From positions 58,032,001 to 58,096,000 of the forward strand of contig NC_043003.1 of NCBI RefSeq assembly GCF_006345805.1: 64,000 bases of DNA, in the 5' to 3' direction. The stretch is from Octopus sinensis (Eukaryota). Shown piece after piece: positions 24,443-38,486 of the stretch. Within the stretch, counting starts at the first letter, position 1. Each line of letters opens with the position of its first letter. The notes below the pieces were generated by a model, which ran no database searches, was not told the DNA's origin, and was given only the letters and a program-made list of their open reading frames with translations. The translations under genes and the position numbers were made by a program.

Positions 24443-25202
24443 CTATGGGGTAATTATATGCAAATGTATCTTTAACCTTTAGCACATTGTAGGTTCATCA
24501 TGTCACCATATGAGTTTTCTCTCATATAGTAACAGAGGAGTGGTAGAGGAAATAACTCTGGAGAAAATGCAGTGTGTTAAATGTTAAATTCATTTCTGCG
24601 TTTTAAGTCTATAATTTAAAATTTATAATACGTACATGCCATATTTGGAATCGTGGTGTATGTGCATAGTGAGAGGGTCCCTCTGAGAAAATGGCTTCAT
24701 AATAGGGAGTTGTAAGCGAATTCAATATGAATTCTTTGTTTAAGATGATATTTAGCCAATTTGAACTCAGAACGTAAATGCAGACGATGATGATGACAAA
24801 AATGGCCTCTGATTTAGGCACAAGGCTAACCATTATGAAGGAAGGAGACGAGTTGATATCAACCTTAGTAATCATCTGTTTTTTTTTCAATTTTGTCAAC
24901 CATCAAGAAGTGACAGAAACAAATAAATGTTTTAAGATTTCTTTCTATGAAGGCCAGTGTTGAATCTTCCAAATTTCTTGCAGATTTTCCTCATCTCACC
25001 CTAATTCATCTGTCTGGAGTAATGTGTGTGTCTGTGTTGTGTGTCTGTCTGTGTTGTGTGTCTGTCTGTGTGTATGTGTATAGATTTAACATTTTTAAAA
25101 ATCTTTTCATCTTTTACTTAAAGAATTTTTAATTGAATGAATTGACCCTGGTAGGTTTTTGTTCTTTTAAAATCCTGGTACTTGTCATCCTATTGGGCTC
25201 TC

Positions 25203-25450
25203 TTACCAAACTGCTACTGGTAAGTTACAGGGATGTAAACAAACAGTCAAACACTGGTTGTCAAGTGATGGTAGGGGGGAAAAGCACACACACACATACA
25301 CACACACATATATGTGACATGATACTTTCAGTTTCCATCTACCAATTCCACTCATAAGGCTTTGGTCAACTTCATGCTATAATAGAAGACACTTGCCCAA
25401 GGTACCACGCTGGGACTGAACCTAAAACCATGTGATTGGGAACTAAGCTT
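25203..25450 (-). mobile_element. Family A SINE, partial
   Basis: Matches the other copies. Confidence 0.8.
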
Positions 25451-26297
25451 TGGTTATATATATATATTTTCATTATGCAGTTTTTTTATCTTTTCATTTA
25501 ACACATTCATGAAGACTTTTTGCTACCATGTAGGTCTTCTGACATTTCTTTCATATTTTAAATATTTTTTTCTTTTACAGATGTCTCTCTGACGTGTGTG
25601 TGTGTGTGTATGTGTGAGAAAGACTATATCTATTAATCCGTGTGTATGTGTGCGTGTATGGTACATAGACAAACTTTATATTCAAAGACAAAGCTAGTCA
25701 TTACTGTATATGTATGCATATATACATATATATATATATATATATACACAATATATATATATATATAAAATGTACACACACATAACACACATATGTATAG
25801 TATATATGCATATATATATAAAATGTTCATACACACACACACAGTATACGTACATATATATATATATAATGTACATAGAGACACACACACATATATATAT
25901 ATAAATCTACACACATATTCACACACACACACACACACACACATATAATGTACATAGGTATATACATATATAAAATGTACATGCATATATATATATAATG
26001 TATATATTTACACATACGCATGCTCACTAACACATAATTATTTGTGCAAATATGCATATATCTATGCACAATATTACACAATATAATATTCATATATTAT
26101 ATGTAAATGTATGTACATGATTCTTCTGCTCAACTTCTTATTCTACCTACTTATTGGCATCGTGCTATATATATTATAACCTCTGTATTTTTTCTCTCTA
26201 TTTCTAGGTAAGTGTCATATATTATACACACATCTTTTTTTCAAGAGTGTTTCATCAACATACATAATGATGTGAGTACATAACATTCTCTATATTA

Positions 26298-26427
<130 letters not shown>

Positions 26428-26584
26428 AAAGGATTATTATCATTATTAGAAAGGATTGTTGTTATTTTTATTATTATTATTGTTGTTATTATTATTATTA
26501 TTTGTTCTTCTTATTGTTGCTGTTATTGTTTCCTTGTTTTCCTTCATCTTTCTTCGTTTCATCTCATTCCTATTCTCAGGAATT

Positions 26585-27229
26585 GTGTGTGTATGTGTGT
26601 GCATAAAAGACAGAGGGGGGTATTATTTCTTTTACAGCTAGCTCCTTGTTTGATGTGCATAGCATATTACATAATGAATATGTGTGTGTGTGTGTGTGTG
26701 TGTGTGCGTGCGTGTTTGTGTGTGTGCGTGTTTTTGTGTATATGTAAATAAGGGACATCTTTTCTTCGAAACATATTAAAACACAACTATGTTCAACTTT
26801 AATCTTTTTTATAAAGGAATTTCATATTACCTTATTAGTCTGTATATATATGTGGTTGTATATGTGTGTGTTTGTGTATGTGTATGTGTGTGTGTGTGTG
26901 TGGTGTGTGTGTGTGTGTATGTGTGTGCATAAAAGACAGAGGGGGTATTATTTCTTTTACAGCTAGCTCCTTGTTTGATGTGCATAGCATATTACATAAT
27001 GAATATGTGTGTGTGTGTGTGTGTGTGTGCGTGCGTGTTTGTGTGTGTGCGTGTTTTTGTGTATATGTAAATAGGGGACATCTTTTCTTCGAAACATATT
27101 AAAACACAACTATGTTCAACTTTAATCTTTTTTATAAAGGAATTTCATATTACCTTATTAGTCTGTATATATATGTGGTTGTATATGTGTGTGTTTGTGT
27201 ATGTGTATGTGTGTGTGTGTGTGTGTGTG
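26585..27229. repeat. Near-identical tandem duplication, period about 326 bp
   Basis: CATAAAAGACAGAG starts at 26602 and again at 26928; the copies differ only in homopolymer/SSR length and about one base. Confidence 0.95.
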
Positions 27230-27837
27230 AATGCACATAGTTGCTATGGAGTCTTCATTTCCTCATTTCAGGTGTGCATCATAATGGGTTTTATGGTTTT
27301 TTTTTTTTATTAATTTTCCATTCTTTCATCTGTTTTTTTATTATTTTTTTTTAATTGCCCCCCTGCTTTTATTAACTTCTTTTGAACCAAATGATTTTTC
27401 TATTTCACACACACACAGATGCACACATACAAATATACATTCAAGCAAACACACACACCAGGAATATATAAACATGTTGTTTATCAATAACCTAAGGGAC
27501 TTTTCATGCTAACATGAAAGTCTAGCCCCTAAAGTCACTTCTGTAGTTTTACAGCTGCAAATAAAATAATACAGATACTCTCAACTTCATGTGCTGAGTT
27601 CTGTTTCTCCCATTTGTATAACCTATATACACACACACACACACACATATATATATGTATATTTATATTAATTAAAAGTGTACAGTAATATAACCATTAT
27701 AACGAATTTTTCCAATCATTTTCGTACTGGGTGTTAAATTGGACATTAGATAACTACTCAATTGTGTAACCCTATGCTCATCAGAGCAGGCCATATGGAA
27801 GAAAATATGCTGACTTACGGATTCTTACACACATATG

Positions 27838-27872
<35 letters not shown>

Positions 27873-28096
27873 TCTTACAAAAGACCATGAGTCAAAAAAC
27901 AGGCACACATATATTTCGAAGTATTATGGATCCATTTCAGCCAGTTTTTACATGTCAGTTTCATACATGAGAGATGGAGGGGAAAACCCAGTCTTGGCAC
28001 TCAACAAAAGGGCTGATAGGATGACAATGGTTCTTTTGCACAGAGGCTGAGAAAGTGTCAAGTCCAGTTTGAGGGTGCTTATCTACCATATTTAAA

Positions 28097-28428
28097 GTGA
28101 AGGCGCATAGCTTAGTAGTTAGGGTATCTGACACACTGTCCTAAGGTTGCGAGTTCAATTCCCAATGGTGCGTTGCGTCCTTGAGCAAGACACTTTTATT
28201 TCACGTTGCTCCAGTCCACTCAGCTGGCAAAAATGAGTTGTACCTGTAAGTCAAAAGTCCAGATTTGTCAGATTCCGTGTCACATTGAATCTCTGTGAGA
28301 ACTACGTCAAGGATATGCATGTCTGTGGAGTGAGTGGTCAGCCACTTGCATGTTAATTTCACAAGCAGGTTGTTCCATTGATCGGGTCACCTGGAACCCT
28401 CATTGTCATAACCGGCAAAGTGCTTAGT
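28097..28428 (+). mobile_element. tRNA-derived CORE-like SINE (family C), full length
   Basis: Head GGCGCATAGCTTAGTAGTTAGG...GAGTTCAATTCC, then GTCCTTGAGCAAGACAC; the body is shared with 38487-38795. Confidence 0.85.
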
Positions 28429-29294
28429 TCTTCTTAATGGTGCAAAAGATTCATTACCTCAACTTCAGCAGTGGATATTCAGAAAAACATGTAATAGATA
28501 AAGTAACTTCACATATATACGTCCTGGGGCTTTTTGTTGTCTCTTTTCTTAGACATTTTTTGGGGGGGAGATGCACCTGATATACCATTAAATTCAGTAC
28601 AGTAGTTGCTTTGTTGTTGTTTAACCACAGACCAACTATAAAAGCTTTCCAACTTGACTATCCCCTCTATTAAAAGGTATATAGGATTACATTATCAAAT
28701 ATATCTTTTCTTTTCCCAAGGCTGTGATTTGAGAGAGATTTGGATATGATATCTTCAAAGTCTGCTGAAGCTGCTCCATGTACACGTTACATATGTAATA
28801 TTTTATTCAGTGGGGGTATGTATATGTGAAGTGATAGGGAATACTAGGGAGTACATTATGCCTTGCTCTGGGAATTTCTTGGGATCTAAAAAAAAAATAT
28901 ATATTTGCATATAGTGAAAACTAGCATTAGCATTTTGGAAAGGGGGTCCCATCACCAGCAAAAGAAACTTTGTTCTCCCTGATAAAATTCCTGTCTGAGG
29001 CCTTGATTTTATATGTAAAATGTATTTGCATCATAAAATGCCCCAGGGGGTCATTTCATGGTATAATGCTTAGCTTCACCAGACTAAATGCCAGACAGTT
29101 ATTTGCTTACAATTTCTTTTATATAGTTTTAAGTTCAAATCTCAAAGGGCTGGGGTGGTGGGGGTTTGAGCCCTCCTCCTTCCTTTTATCCCTCCCAGTG
29201 GATTTGATGGATGATAGAATCATTTAATGGGGTCGAAAAGGATCAACTAAATCAACCATATGCCCTCCTTTCCTTTTCTGTAGTCTTCTTTTAT

Positions 29295-29762
29295 TTGCTA
29301 GTCATTGAGTTGTAGCCATGCAGGAGCACCACCTGTAAGAGTTTAATGGAATGAAGCAACAAGCCCTAGTTATTATTTTTTTCTAAAGTCTGGTTCTGTC
29401 AGTGTCATTTGCTAAACTGCTAGCTTATTGGGATGTAAACAAACCATCACTGGTTGTCAAGTATTGTAGGGACAAACACATAAACATGCATGCATACACA
29501 GACACATAGATACATATATGTATATACATATACTACATACATAATAACATACATACATACAAGCACACAAGGTCCTTCCACACAGTTTCTTATTTCTTTA
29601 TTGCCCCCAAAATAGAGGGGACAAACAAGGACAGACAAAGGAATTAAGTCAATTACATCAACCCCAGTGCGTAACTGGTACTTAATTTTTCGACCCCGAA
29701 AGGATGAAAGGCAAAGTCGACCTCAGCGGAATTTGAACTCAGAATGTAACATCAGATGAAAC
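29295..29762 (-). mobile_element. Family A tail (29295-29588) abutting a family B SINE (29589-29762)
   Basis: Both match consensus segments seen elsewhere in the window. Confidence 0.8.
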
Positions 29763-29924
29763 CTCTCCTATTGTTGTTGTTGTTCCAGATGTCTCCCACA
29801 TCTGCCATACGTAGGCATACAATCACATCTCCAGTCTAAGATTTTTGTCTTTCTCTCCTCAAATTCCCTCCATTGGACAATCTTGTGTGTTTTAATATCT
29901 ATGTTTATCATAAGAACCATCGAA

Positions 29925-30190
29925 ATCTTAAGAACCACCAAGGAGAACAAATATAGAAAGGGTTGACCACATTGCATGACTGAAGGACACTGGATGGTCA
30001 GTCAGGGTGACAGAACGGACATCAAGACAATGGACAAGATCAGGAGCCTGACCAAAGACAAGATGGCAAAATGATCCCACCCACTACATGGGGCCTACGT
30101 GACCAAGACTGGCCAGAGACAGACAACAGTGAAAGGAGTCCAGGGAGGGATTCCTCCTTCGGGAGTAATGAAGCCCTGGTTGAGGTTGGC
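29925..30190 (+). mobile_element. RTE-clade LINE 3' end, decayed
   Basis: Translation DHIA*LKDTGWSVRVTERTSRQWTRSGA*PKTRWQND...LARDRQQ*KESREGFLLRE* matches the RTE C-terminal pattern GHIARxxDNRW...RGRPxTRW...ARDRxxW. Confidence 0.8.
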
Positions 30191-30334
30191 AAGACTGGAC
30201 AGTGGGCAACACACAGAGATCCCAGAGTTGTTATTTTAAACAAGAAGACCTATGACTAAAGGTGTTCCAGCCAGGACCATCCTTTATATTTTTTCACAAC
30301 TTCCGCAGCAGAAGTGTTATGACTGATCCTTCTC

Positions 30335-30622
30335 GTGGTGCCACATAAAAGTGTCTAAGCAGCGCCATGTAAAAGCACCCATTCTGTGCCATCTAAAAGC
30401 TCCTGTGCAGTGCCTCATAAAAGCATCCATGCGGTGCCATGTGAAAGTGCCCAGCACATTCTGTAAAGTGGTTGGCATTAGGAAAGGCATCCAGCTGTAG
30501 AAACCAGGCCAAAACAGACTACGGAACCTGGTAGGATCCCCTGGCCATGCCAGTTCTTGTCAAGTCGTCCAACCCATGCCAGCATGGACAATGATTGTTA
30601 AATGATGATGATGATGATGATG
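30335..30622 (+). mobile_element. Family D (Meta-like) SINE with tandem GTGCCACGTAAAAGCACC-like units
   Basis: About 5 degenerate units, then GGTTGGCATTAGGAAAGGCATCCAGCTGTAGAAAC and a (TGA)n tail. Confidence 0.8.
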
Positions 30623-30705
30623 ATATATCCTTTTATAACTTAAAGAGTATGATTTTGAGGAAATATTTTCAGCTGTTATCACATACACGACAAATGTTCC
30701 CTTGA

Positions 30706-30880
30706 TTGCAGCAGGCCATAGATATTGACTCGTAAGAATCACCATCATTTTTCAGCACCATTAATGTGGAATATCGACTCGCAAGAGTCAACATTGTTTG
30801 CAGCAGGTTGCAGTACCATGCTCTGATGCTAACTCGTAAGAGTCACCGACCATCATTGCAGCAGGTTACTTCACCATGCC
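30706..30880. repeat. Degenerate tandem repeat of about 50 bp with GACTC-GNAA-GAGTC palindromes
   Basis: Palindromes at 30726, 30775 and 30831, interleaved with TTGCAGCAGG motifs at 30706, 30798 and 30856. Confidence 0.8.
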
Positions 30881-31129
30881 ATGTTATTTCTAATACTGCC
30901 ATTGGCTGTTTGGCAACTAGTTCTTTCTCTTTTTTTTTTTTGGTGTTGTGTTGTTTTCTTTTTCTTTTTCTTTTTTTTTTTTTAAACTACTTTAAATCAC
31001 CGGTTTTTTTTAGGTTTTTTTTTTTTATGTTGTTCCTTCTCGGAAAGGTCTTCTGAATTAAGGAAGAGAAGTAGAGGGGAAGAAAAACAAAAGCAAACCA
31101 GCAACAACAATGATACCTCTTCCCCCCCA

Positions 31130-31262
<133 letters not shown>

Positions 31263-31475
31263 AATATTTACATTTGTCTGCTTCTTTGAACATCAAAAGG
31301 TTAAAAGCTGTGTGGAATCTTCTCCAACATCACTGCATTGAACTTGTATATCCGCGACTGTTTCGGGATTTGTGTGCGTGTGTGTATATGAATGTGTGTG
31401 TGTGTGTGTGTGTGTGTCTGTCCACTGTTTGATCCTCTTAATTCATAGTTGTGTTAGCAATGGACTGTATGCAAC

Positions 31476-31536
<61 letters not shown>

Positions 31537-32322
31537 CTATGTCTGTTTGTTGTCTCTTACATTCTGGTTTGTGTAACACTCTGTGTGTGTGTGTGTGTGT
31601 ATGAGACCCATTTTGTAGATTGTATGTGTGTGTATGAAACGTTTATAGTGTAGACTGTATGCATGTGTGAGTGTGTGTTTGTGTGTGTGTGATATAAGAT
31701 GCTTGAGTGTCCTTATAGCATGGATTATATGAGTTTATATAGTTCTTTGTAAGTCTGTATATTACTCAAATGTTTGTATACATCTGTCGTGTGTGTGTGT
31801 GTTTGGCTATTTGTGTATTGGAGCGATATAATTGTCTGTCTTGTGTGTGTGTGTGTATGTGTATTTTCATAGCTGTTTGCTCTTACTGACACAAGACCAC
31901 TTCAGCATGAAGTGGAACCATGTGGAACCACCGTCTTTGATTCTGGCTCCAACATAACCGTATTCCTACAGACATACTTTTGACTCTTTTTTCCTTTATT
32001 CGACAATACTTATAGATCTCGGTGTCCTTATTGTTTAACCCCAGGTCATTTTTGGTTAAGTAAACCTATGATCAAATGCATTCCAAATACGACCATCTTG
32101 TCTTTTGCTCAAGCATTGTTTATCTAATACTATTGAATCAATTCTGAGACAGTAGAGTGTATTGTTTAGGAAATTTGGCTGCTATTTCTGGCAGACCAAG
32201 CAAGCACCTAGAGACATTTTGTTGCTGAAGTGTATATTGTTGTTTTTAAATATTGTTGATGTCATAGTGGTATTTAGCCCTGAGTCAAACCTCATCCAGT
32301 AGATGTGTGTGTATGATATACA

Positions 32323-32790
32323 GGCATGGTAAGAACTTTTGTTTCCCCAATCTCGTGGTTTTGAGTTCAATCCTACCATCTGGCATTTTGGGCAAGCGTC
32401 TTCTATTATGGCCCTGGGCCAACCAAAGCCTTGTGATTTGATTTAGTAGACAGAAACACAAAGAAACCTGTTGCGTGCGTGCATGCGTGCATGCGTGCGT
32501 GCATGCGTGCGTGCATGCGTGCGTGCATGCATGCGTGCGTGCATGCGTGTGTTACTGTCTTCGTGCTTTGACATTGTATGATAGTTGTAAATGAGCGTCA
32601 CCATCATACCAGTGGTGTCGTCCTTTGTTTCCAATCTGCCATGAAAACATGTCTGGTCATGAGGAATATTATCTTTCTTGGAAACAGGTGAGAGTTGGTG
32701 ACAGGAAAGGCATCTGGCTGTAAAAAATCTATCCTGATAAATTCCATCTGACCCTTGCAGTCTTGGAAAAGTGGACAGTAAAATTTCGTG
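32323..32790 (+). mobile_element. Composite SINE: CORE-like head + (GCAT/GCGT)n + Meta-like domain and tail
   Basis: Head as in family A, then SSR, then GTTGGTGACAGGAAAGGGCATCTGGCTGTAAAA. Confidence 0.7.
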
Positions 32791-32800
32791 TATATATATA

Positions 32801-33135
32801 GGTGAAGGCACATTGTTCCATGGTTAGCGTGTCAGGCTCACAATCATGAGGTAGTGAGTTCGATTCCTGAACCGGGCTGTGTGTTTGTGTTCTTGAGCAA
32901 GATACTCTATCTCACATTGCTCCAGTTCACTCAGCTGTAGAAATAAGTTGCGATTTCACTGGTGCCAAGCTGTATCAGCCTTTGCCTTTTCCTTGGATAA
33001 CATCAGTGGCACGGAGAGGGGAGGCTGGTGTGCATGGGCGACTGCTGGTCTCCCATCAACAACCTTGCCCAGACTTGTGCCTGGGAGGGTAACTTTCTAG
33101 GTGTAAACACATGGTCATTCATGACCAAAGGGAGT
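32801..33135 (+). mobile_element. Family C SINE variant, full length
   Basis: tRNA-like head with GAGTTCGATTCC, GTTCTTGAGCAAGATAC; the 3' body is shared with 15079-15312. Confidence 0.85.
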
Positions 33136-33713
33136 TTTTACTTTACTTCTATATATGCATGTATGTATGTGTATGTATGTTTGTGTGTATATATGTGTGT
33201 GTGTGTGTATGTATGTATACACACACACATATATATGCATATATATATATGGGCTTCCACACAGTTTCCATCTTCCACTTTCACTTTGGCCATAGAAGAC
33301 ACTTATCCAAGGTGCTGCATGTTGGGACCGAACCCAGACCCATATGGCTGCAAAACAAACTTCTTAACCACACAGCCATGCCTGCACCTATGCTCGCGTA
33401 TGTATAAATGTGTCCAGCTATTTCTTTATCATTCATCTGTGTATGAGTGTGTATACATGTGTCTGTGTATAGTATTAGAGAAAGAGAGAGAGTGAGAGAG
33501 AGAGAGAGTGGGGATGGGAGAGGGAGTTCCACCAATGGATTTGTCCATATTTGCACTTGTGTATGTGTATGTGTTTGCATCTCATGCCTAGCTTCTGGTT
33601 TTCCAAAGACTGCTTGCCACATCCTGGTGCTTAAATTGAGGACAACTGATCAAATGGTAGACTTGAAGTGTTGCCAAGCTGTGTCAGCATTTCAAAATCG
33701 CTTTCGTTCTCTT

Positions 33714-33719
<6 letters not shown>

Positions 33720-33786
<67 letters not shown>

Positions 33787-33906
33787 CACCTCACTCCTTT
33801 ATTCCATCCTTCCTTCTCGCTCTCTCTTCTCTTCTCTTCTCGTCTTTCCAGACAGCTACTCTAAACCGTTCCAACTAAATTTACCGGTTATTCTTTCCAT
33901 CATCAC

Positions 33907-33957
<51 letters not shown>

Positions 33958-34200
33958 TATCGTCATCATCACTATTATCATTGTTATCGTCATCATTATC
34001 ATCATTGCCATCATCAATATCTTCAATATCAACATCATCATCATCATCATCATTGGCTTCATCATCAATCATCAATCAATGGCAAATCCCTACCACCACC
34101 ACCACCACCACTACCATCACAACTACTATTGAAACATCTACCTGTCTGTTTGTCTGTCTGTATGTCTGTCTGTCAAATCGAGATTTCCAAATGATGATAG

Positions 34201-34243
<43 letters not shown>

Positions 34244-34300
34244 AGATCGTGGCATCAACGGCAATAATGGTGGCAGTGATGGTGATGATATGAGAATCTC
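33720..34300. repeat. (CT)n and (CAT)n/(GAT)n microsatellite block
   Basis: Directly visible. Confidence 0.9.
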
Positions 34301-34618
34301 GAATGATATTTCTGGAAATATCTTTTATTACCCACCCACCCCTCCTGTCACCATCACCACCACCACCACCACTAGTCACCTGCATCCACATATTTTTGCT
34401 AAAGCTTCCACAATTATAACGTCATACCTTTCTCATGTCACTTAATTACTCTCCTTCCTCCCTCTCCCTCTCCTCCCCTGTTGCTGTTACTCTCCCTCCA
34501 TCTCCATTGTTGTATGTGTGTATGTATGTGTGTATGTATACATGTGTGTGTGAATTTGTGTGTGTGTGTATATGCTTAGGCATATATGTATACATATGTG
34601 TGTATATTTATGTGTATG

Positions 34619-34655
<37 letters not shown>

Positions 34656-34658
34656 GCT

Positions 34659-34689
<31 letters not shown>

Positions 34690-35540
34690 CTAAAATGTAT
34701 ATATGCATGTGTGTACATGTACATTTATATATGTGTGTGTATGTGTTTATATGTATGTATACATGTGTGTGTGTGTGTGTGTGTGTAAAACCACCCTTCT
34801 GCCAAACCTTGTGGCCCGCAATGTAGTTGACTCCTTGACACACATACATACACTTAACTCAGGGACATTCTCTCCCACCCCTCTCTCTCTCTCTCTCTCT
34901 CTAGCTTGCTTCCCCCCCCTCTCTCTCATTCTCCTCTGTCACATCATATTTTCTGTCAACTTCTCACAGCTAAAATACTTTACCATATTCTCATTAAATT
35001 GATTGGAGAGGCTAGGCAACTGTGAAAGGTTGAGAGGAGGGGTTATCACTAGTGGTGGGTGATGTTCTTGTGGTGGTCATGGCTTTGCTTTTTTATTTTT
35101 GTTTTTTCTTCCTTTTTTTTTTTTTGCTTCACTACTCTAAATATTTCTCTGCTGGTTAATGATGTTGAAGTTGATATTGGGAGAAGGATGAAGTAAAATA
35201 AAGAAATAATCAACAAATCCATACCGTTAATAATGATGATGTTGATGGTAATAATAACAATAATAATTTCTTTCATTAGTCACAAGGGCATAGATGAGGG
35301 AGACCCCACAAACACACGCACACACACACATATATATACAATAGGCTTCCTTCAGTTTCCATCTACCAAATCCACTCACAAGGCTTTGGTCAGCCTGAGG
35401 CTATAGTAGAAGACACTTGCCCAAAGTCGCATGCAGTGGGTCTGAACCCGAAACCATGTCGTTGAGAAGCAAACTTCCTACCACCCAGCCACATCTGTGT
35501 CTACAGATATATATGTATGTCTATCTATCTATCTATCTAT

Positions 35541-35896
35541 ACTCTTTTACTTGTTTCAGTCATTTGACTGCAGCCATGGTGGAGCACCACCTTTAGTCGA
35601 GCAAATTGACCCCAGTTCTTATTCTTTGTAAGCCTAGCACTTATTCTATCGGTCGCTTTTTGCTGAACCGCCAAGTTACAGGGATGTAAACACCCCAGCA
35701 TCGGTTGTCAAGTGATGTTGGGGTGACAAACACAGACACACAAACATACACACACATACATAACTTAGCAGTCTGGCAAAAAGACCGGTAGAATAAGTAC
35801 TAGGCTTACAAAGAATAAGTCCTGGGGTTGATTTGCTCGACTAAAGGCGGTGCTCCAGCATGGCCGCAGTCAAATGATTGAAACAAGTAAAAGAGT
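35541..35896. repeat. Inverted pair of family A SINE tails
   Basis: Arms 35541-35678 (minus) and 35761-35896 (plus) with an 82-nt spacer. Confidence 0.9.
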
Positions 35897-37358
35897 AAAC
35901 ATATATATACACACATATAAACACCCATATACTGTATATATTAAGACAGATATCATCATACACAGACATACATACATACGTAGATTTATGCATATGCTGA
36001 CAGTTGTGTGGTAGACACAGACAGACAGTGAGACAGACAGACAAGTGGACCAGCAGAGACGGAAAGAGAGAGAGAATCTCCTTATGTGTTGTCAATGTCA
36101 GTATATATCATAGCAAAAGCATATGATCTGACATTCCCTCTACCATATTGCCATCATGTTGAATCCACCTCATTTCTAGTGGATGGATTGAGCTTTTTAT
36201 TTACACTTCGGTGAACAGCATTAAGGTTTCAATCCAACTCTTTTCCTCCGATGGTTCTAAAACAATAAATACAAACAGCAGTGAGGTTAATGGTGGTGGT
36301 AGTGGTGGTGGTGGTGGTGGTGGTGTTTTTGGTGGTAATGGCACAGTGTGGTGTATGGTAGTGTTGTGGTAGTGGTTTGGTTTGGTGTAGTGTATGTGTA
36401 AATATAAAAGCTGTAAGGTGATATACAGTGGTGGGGTGGGGTGATGGTAGTTTTGACAGTTTGGGTGGTACAGTATGGGTGTGGAGGCTGGTAGTTGTGG
36501 TGGTGGTGGTGGTGGTGGTAGATATAAGTGTAGAAGCTGTAGTGCCATGTGGTTGTGATGGTTATTGGTGTGGTAGCAGCAGTGCCAGAGATGGTAGTCG
36601 TTGAGGTTGTGATGTCATGTGGTGAAGGTGGTGGTTGCAGTGGTGGTACTGGTGTTGTGGTGGTGTGGTTGTGGTAGTGTTCTTGTTCTTGTCATACTGG
36701 TGGTTGTAGTACCATATGGTGAAATTCATAGTAATTTGGGTGGTACAGCGTAGGTATGGAGGTAGTAAATAGTACCATTTATTTTGTGGCATTGGGGGAA
36801 GTGAGGATGGTAGAGGCCAAAGTGCCATATGGTGGGGCTTTGGCAATGGCAGTGAAGACCTTCTGTCCTTGCCCTCGTTCAACAATGATTATAGGTGACA
36901 TAAACAGTAATGTCAGAATGGCTTACCAAGACATCTCAGGGTTGACTAAGTTTCTAAGAAGGAGATTAGGGGAGCAGCGGGGTGTGACACGGGAGTTTTG
37001 AGGCACAGGGTGAGGGTAGGCAAGGGAAAAATATCATCAGGTGCTTTTTTTTTTTTTTTTGATTAGATCCTTATTCAGCAGATCCATTTTCAAAAGGGAT
37101 CCAGCTATGACCAGCCTGTTTTATATATATATAAATATATATATAAAATAATATAGGCTAGCAAAATTTTAGAAACCATCACAACATGGTATACAGATAT
37201 TATATGATGATGATGATGATGACGACAACGACGAGGTATCATGCTGGTACCATGTAAGAAAACACTCCCGTTCACTCTCTAAAGTGGTTGGAATTAGGAA
37301 GGGCATCTAGCTGTAGAAACCATGCCAAAACAGACATTGGAACTTGGCAGGAACTTGG

Positions 37359-37586
37359 TAAAGCTGGCAGAAATGTTAGCACACCGGGCGAAATGTTTAC
37401 CGGTATTTCATCAGCCATTACGTTCTGAGTTAAAATTCTGCCGAGGTCGACTTTGCCTTTCATCCTTTCGGGGTCGATTAAATAAGTACCAGTTATGCAC
37501 TGGGGTCGATATAATTGACTTAATCTGTTTGTCTGTCCTTGTTTGTCCCCTCTGTGTTTAGCCCCTTGTGGGCAGTAAAGAAATAA
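37359..37586 (+). mobile_element. Family B (Deu/Nin) SINE, full length
   Basis: AAGCTGGCAGAAATGTTAGC head, Deu/Nin core, TAAAGAAATA end. Confidence 0.9.
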
Positions 37587-38486
37587 GGAACTTGGTAAAT
37601 CATCCAATACATGCTGGCATGGTAGTGGTGGCACCAATGGTGGTGGTGGTGGTGGAGACAGTCACTGCAGTGGAAGTGATGGTGGTGGTGTAGTGATGAT
37701 GGCAATGGTGTTGATGATGTTGATGTACCATTTGTGGACTGATGCAGATTTATATTCCTATAAAACACATCCCTAGATGTGAATGGAATTATAACAGTTG
37801 AAGACAGTAGTTTGCTTGTTATCCTCATAATATTAGAAAAACATGTCACAGCACTTGACAAGCAAGTATTATTGTTTAAAGAATCGGAGCTGCTTTAATT
37901 ACAAAACAAAATAAATGGAAAGCAATTCAACAGAAACGGTGATGGCGGTGATGGGAGTGGGTAACTACCTCATGTTGCTATCTTTGTCGGAAAAGAAAAT
38001 GAAACATTAGCTGAGAAAGATAAGAAATAATAATCTACAACACCTTAATTCTTAATTATCACTGAGTGAAATCTTTGTATATAGACTTTCTGAGGATGTC
38101 GTTTCTTTACTCTGTTTGGCGCTGATAGTTCTGATTTTGGTCTTCTATATTTCCATAACTGTTAGTTAAGACTTTGCTGATTCTTTACTGACAAACACAA
38201 CATATGACAAACACAATAATAATGATATAACAAACAGTTAAGGAAGCTCCTGTGTGTTCGTTTGATCTGCTAGAAATAGCAACCAAAACAATATGCTTCA
38301 AAATAAAGAATTAGGTGAGTACAGAGCATAATACAATATTAAATAAATGTCAGAAATTATACAATCAACTTCATTAGCCTACAGTTGTTTCTGCTATTAG
38401 AGGCAGCAGACTCAGAGCTGAGTGCGTGTGCATTTATGAAACTAATAACATGATTCATATTTCCTTGTCATTTATTTAATTTCAGT

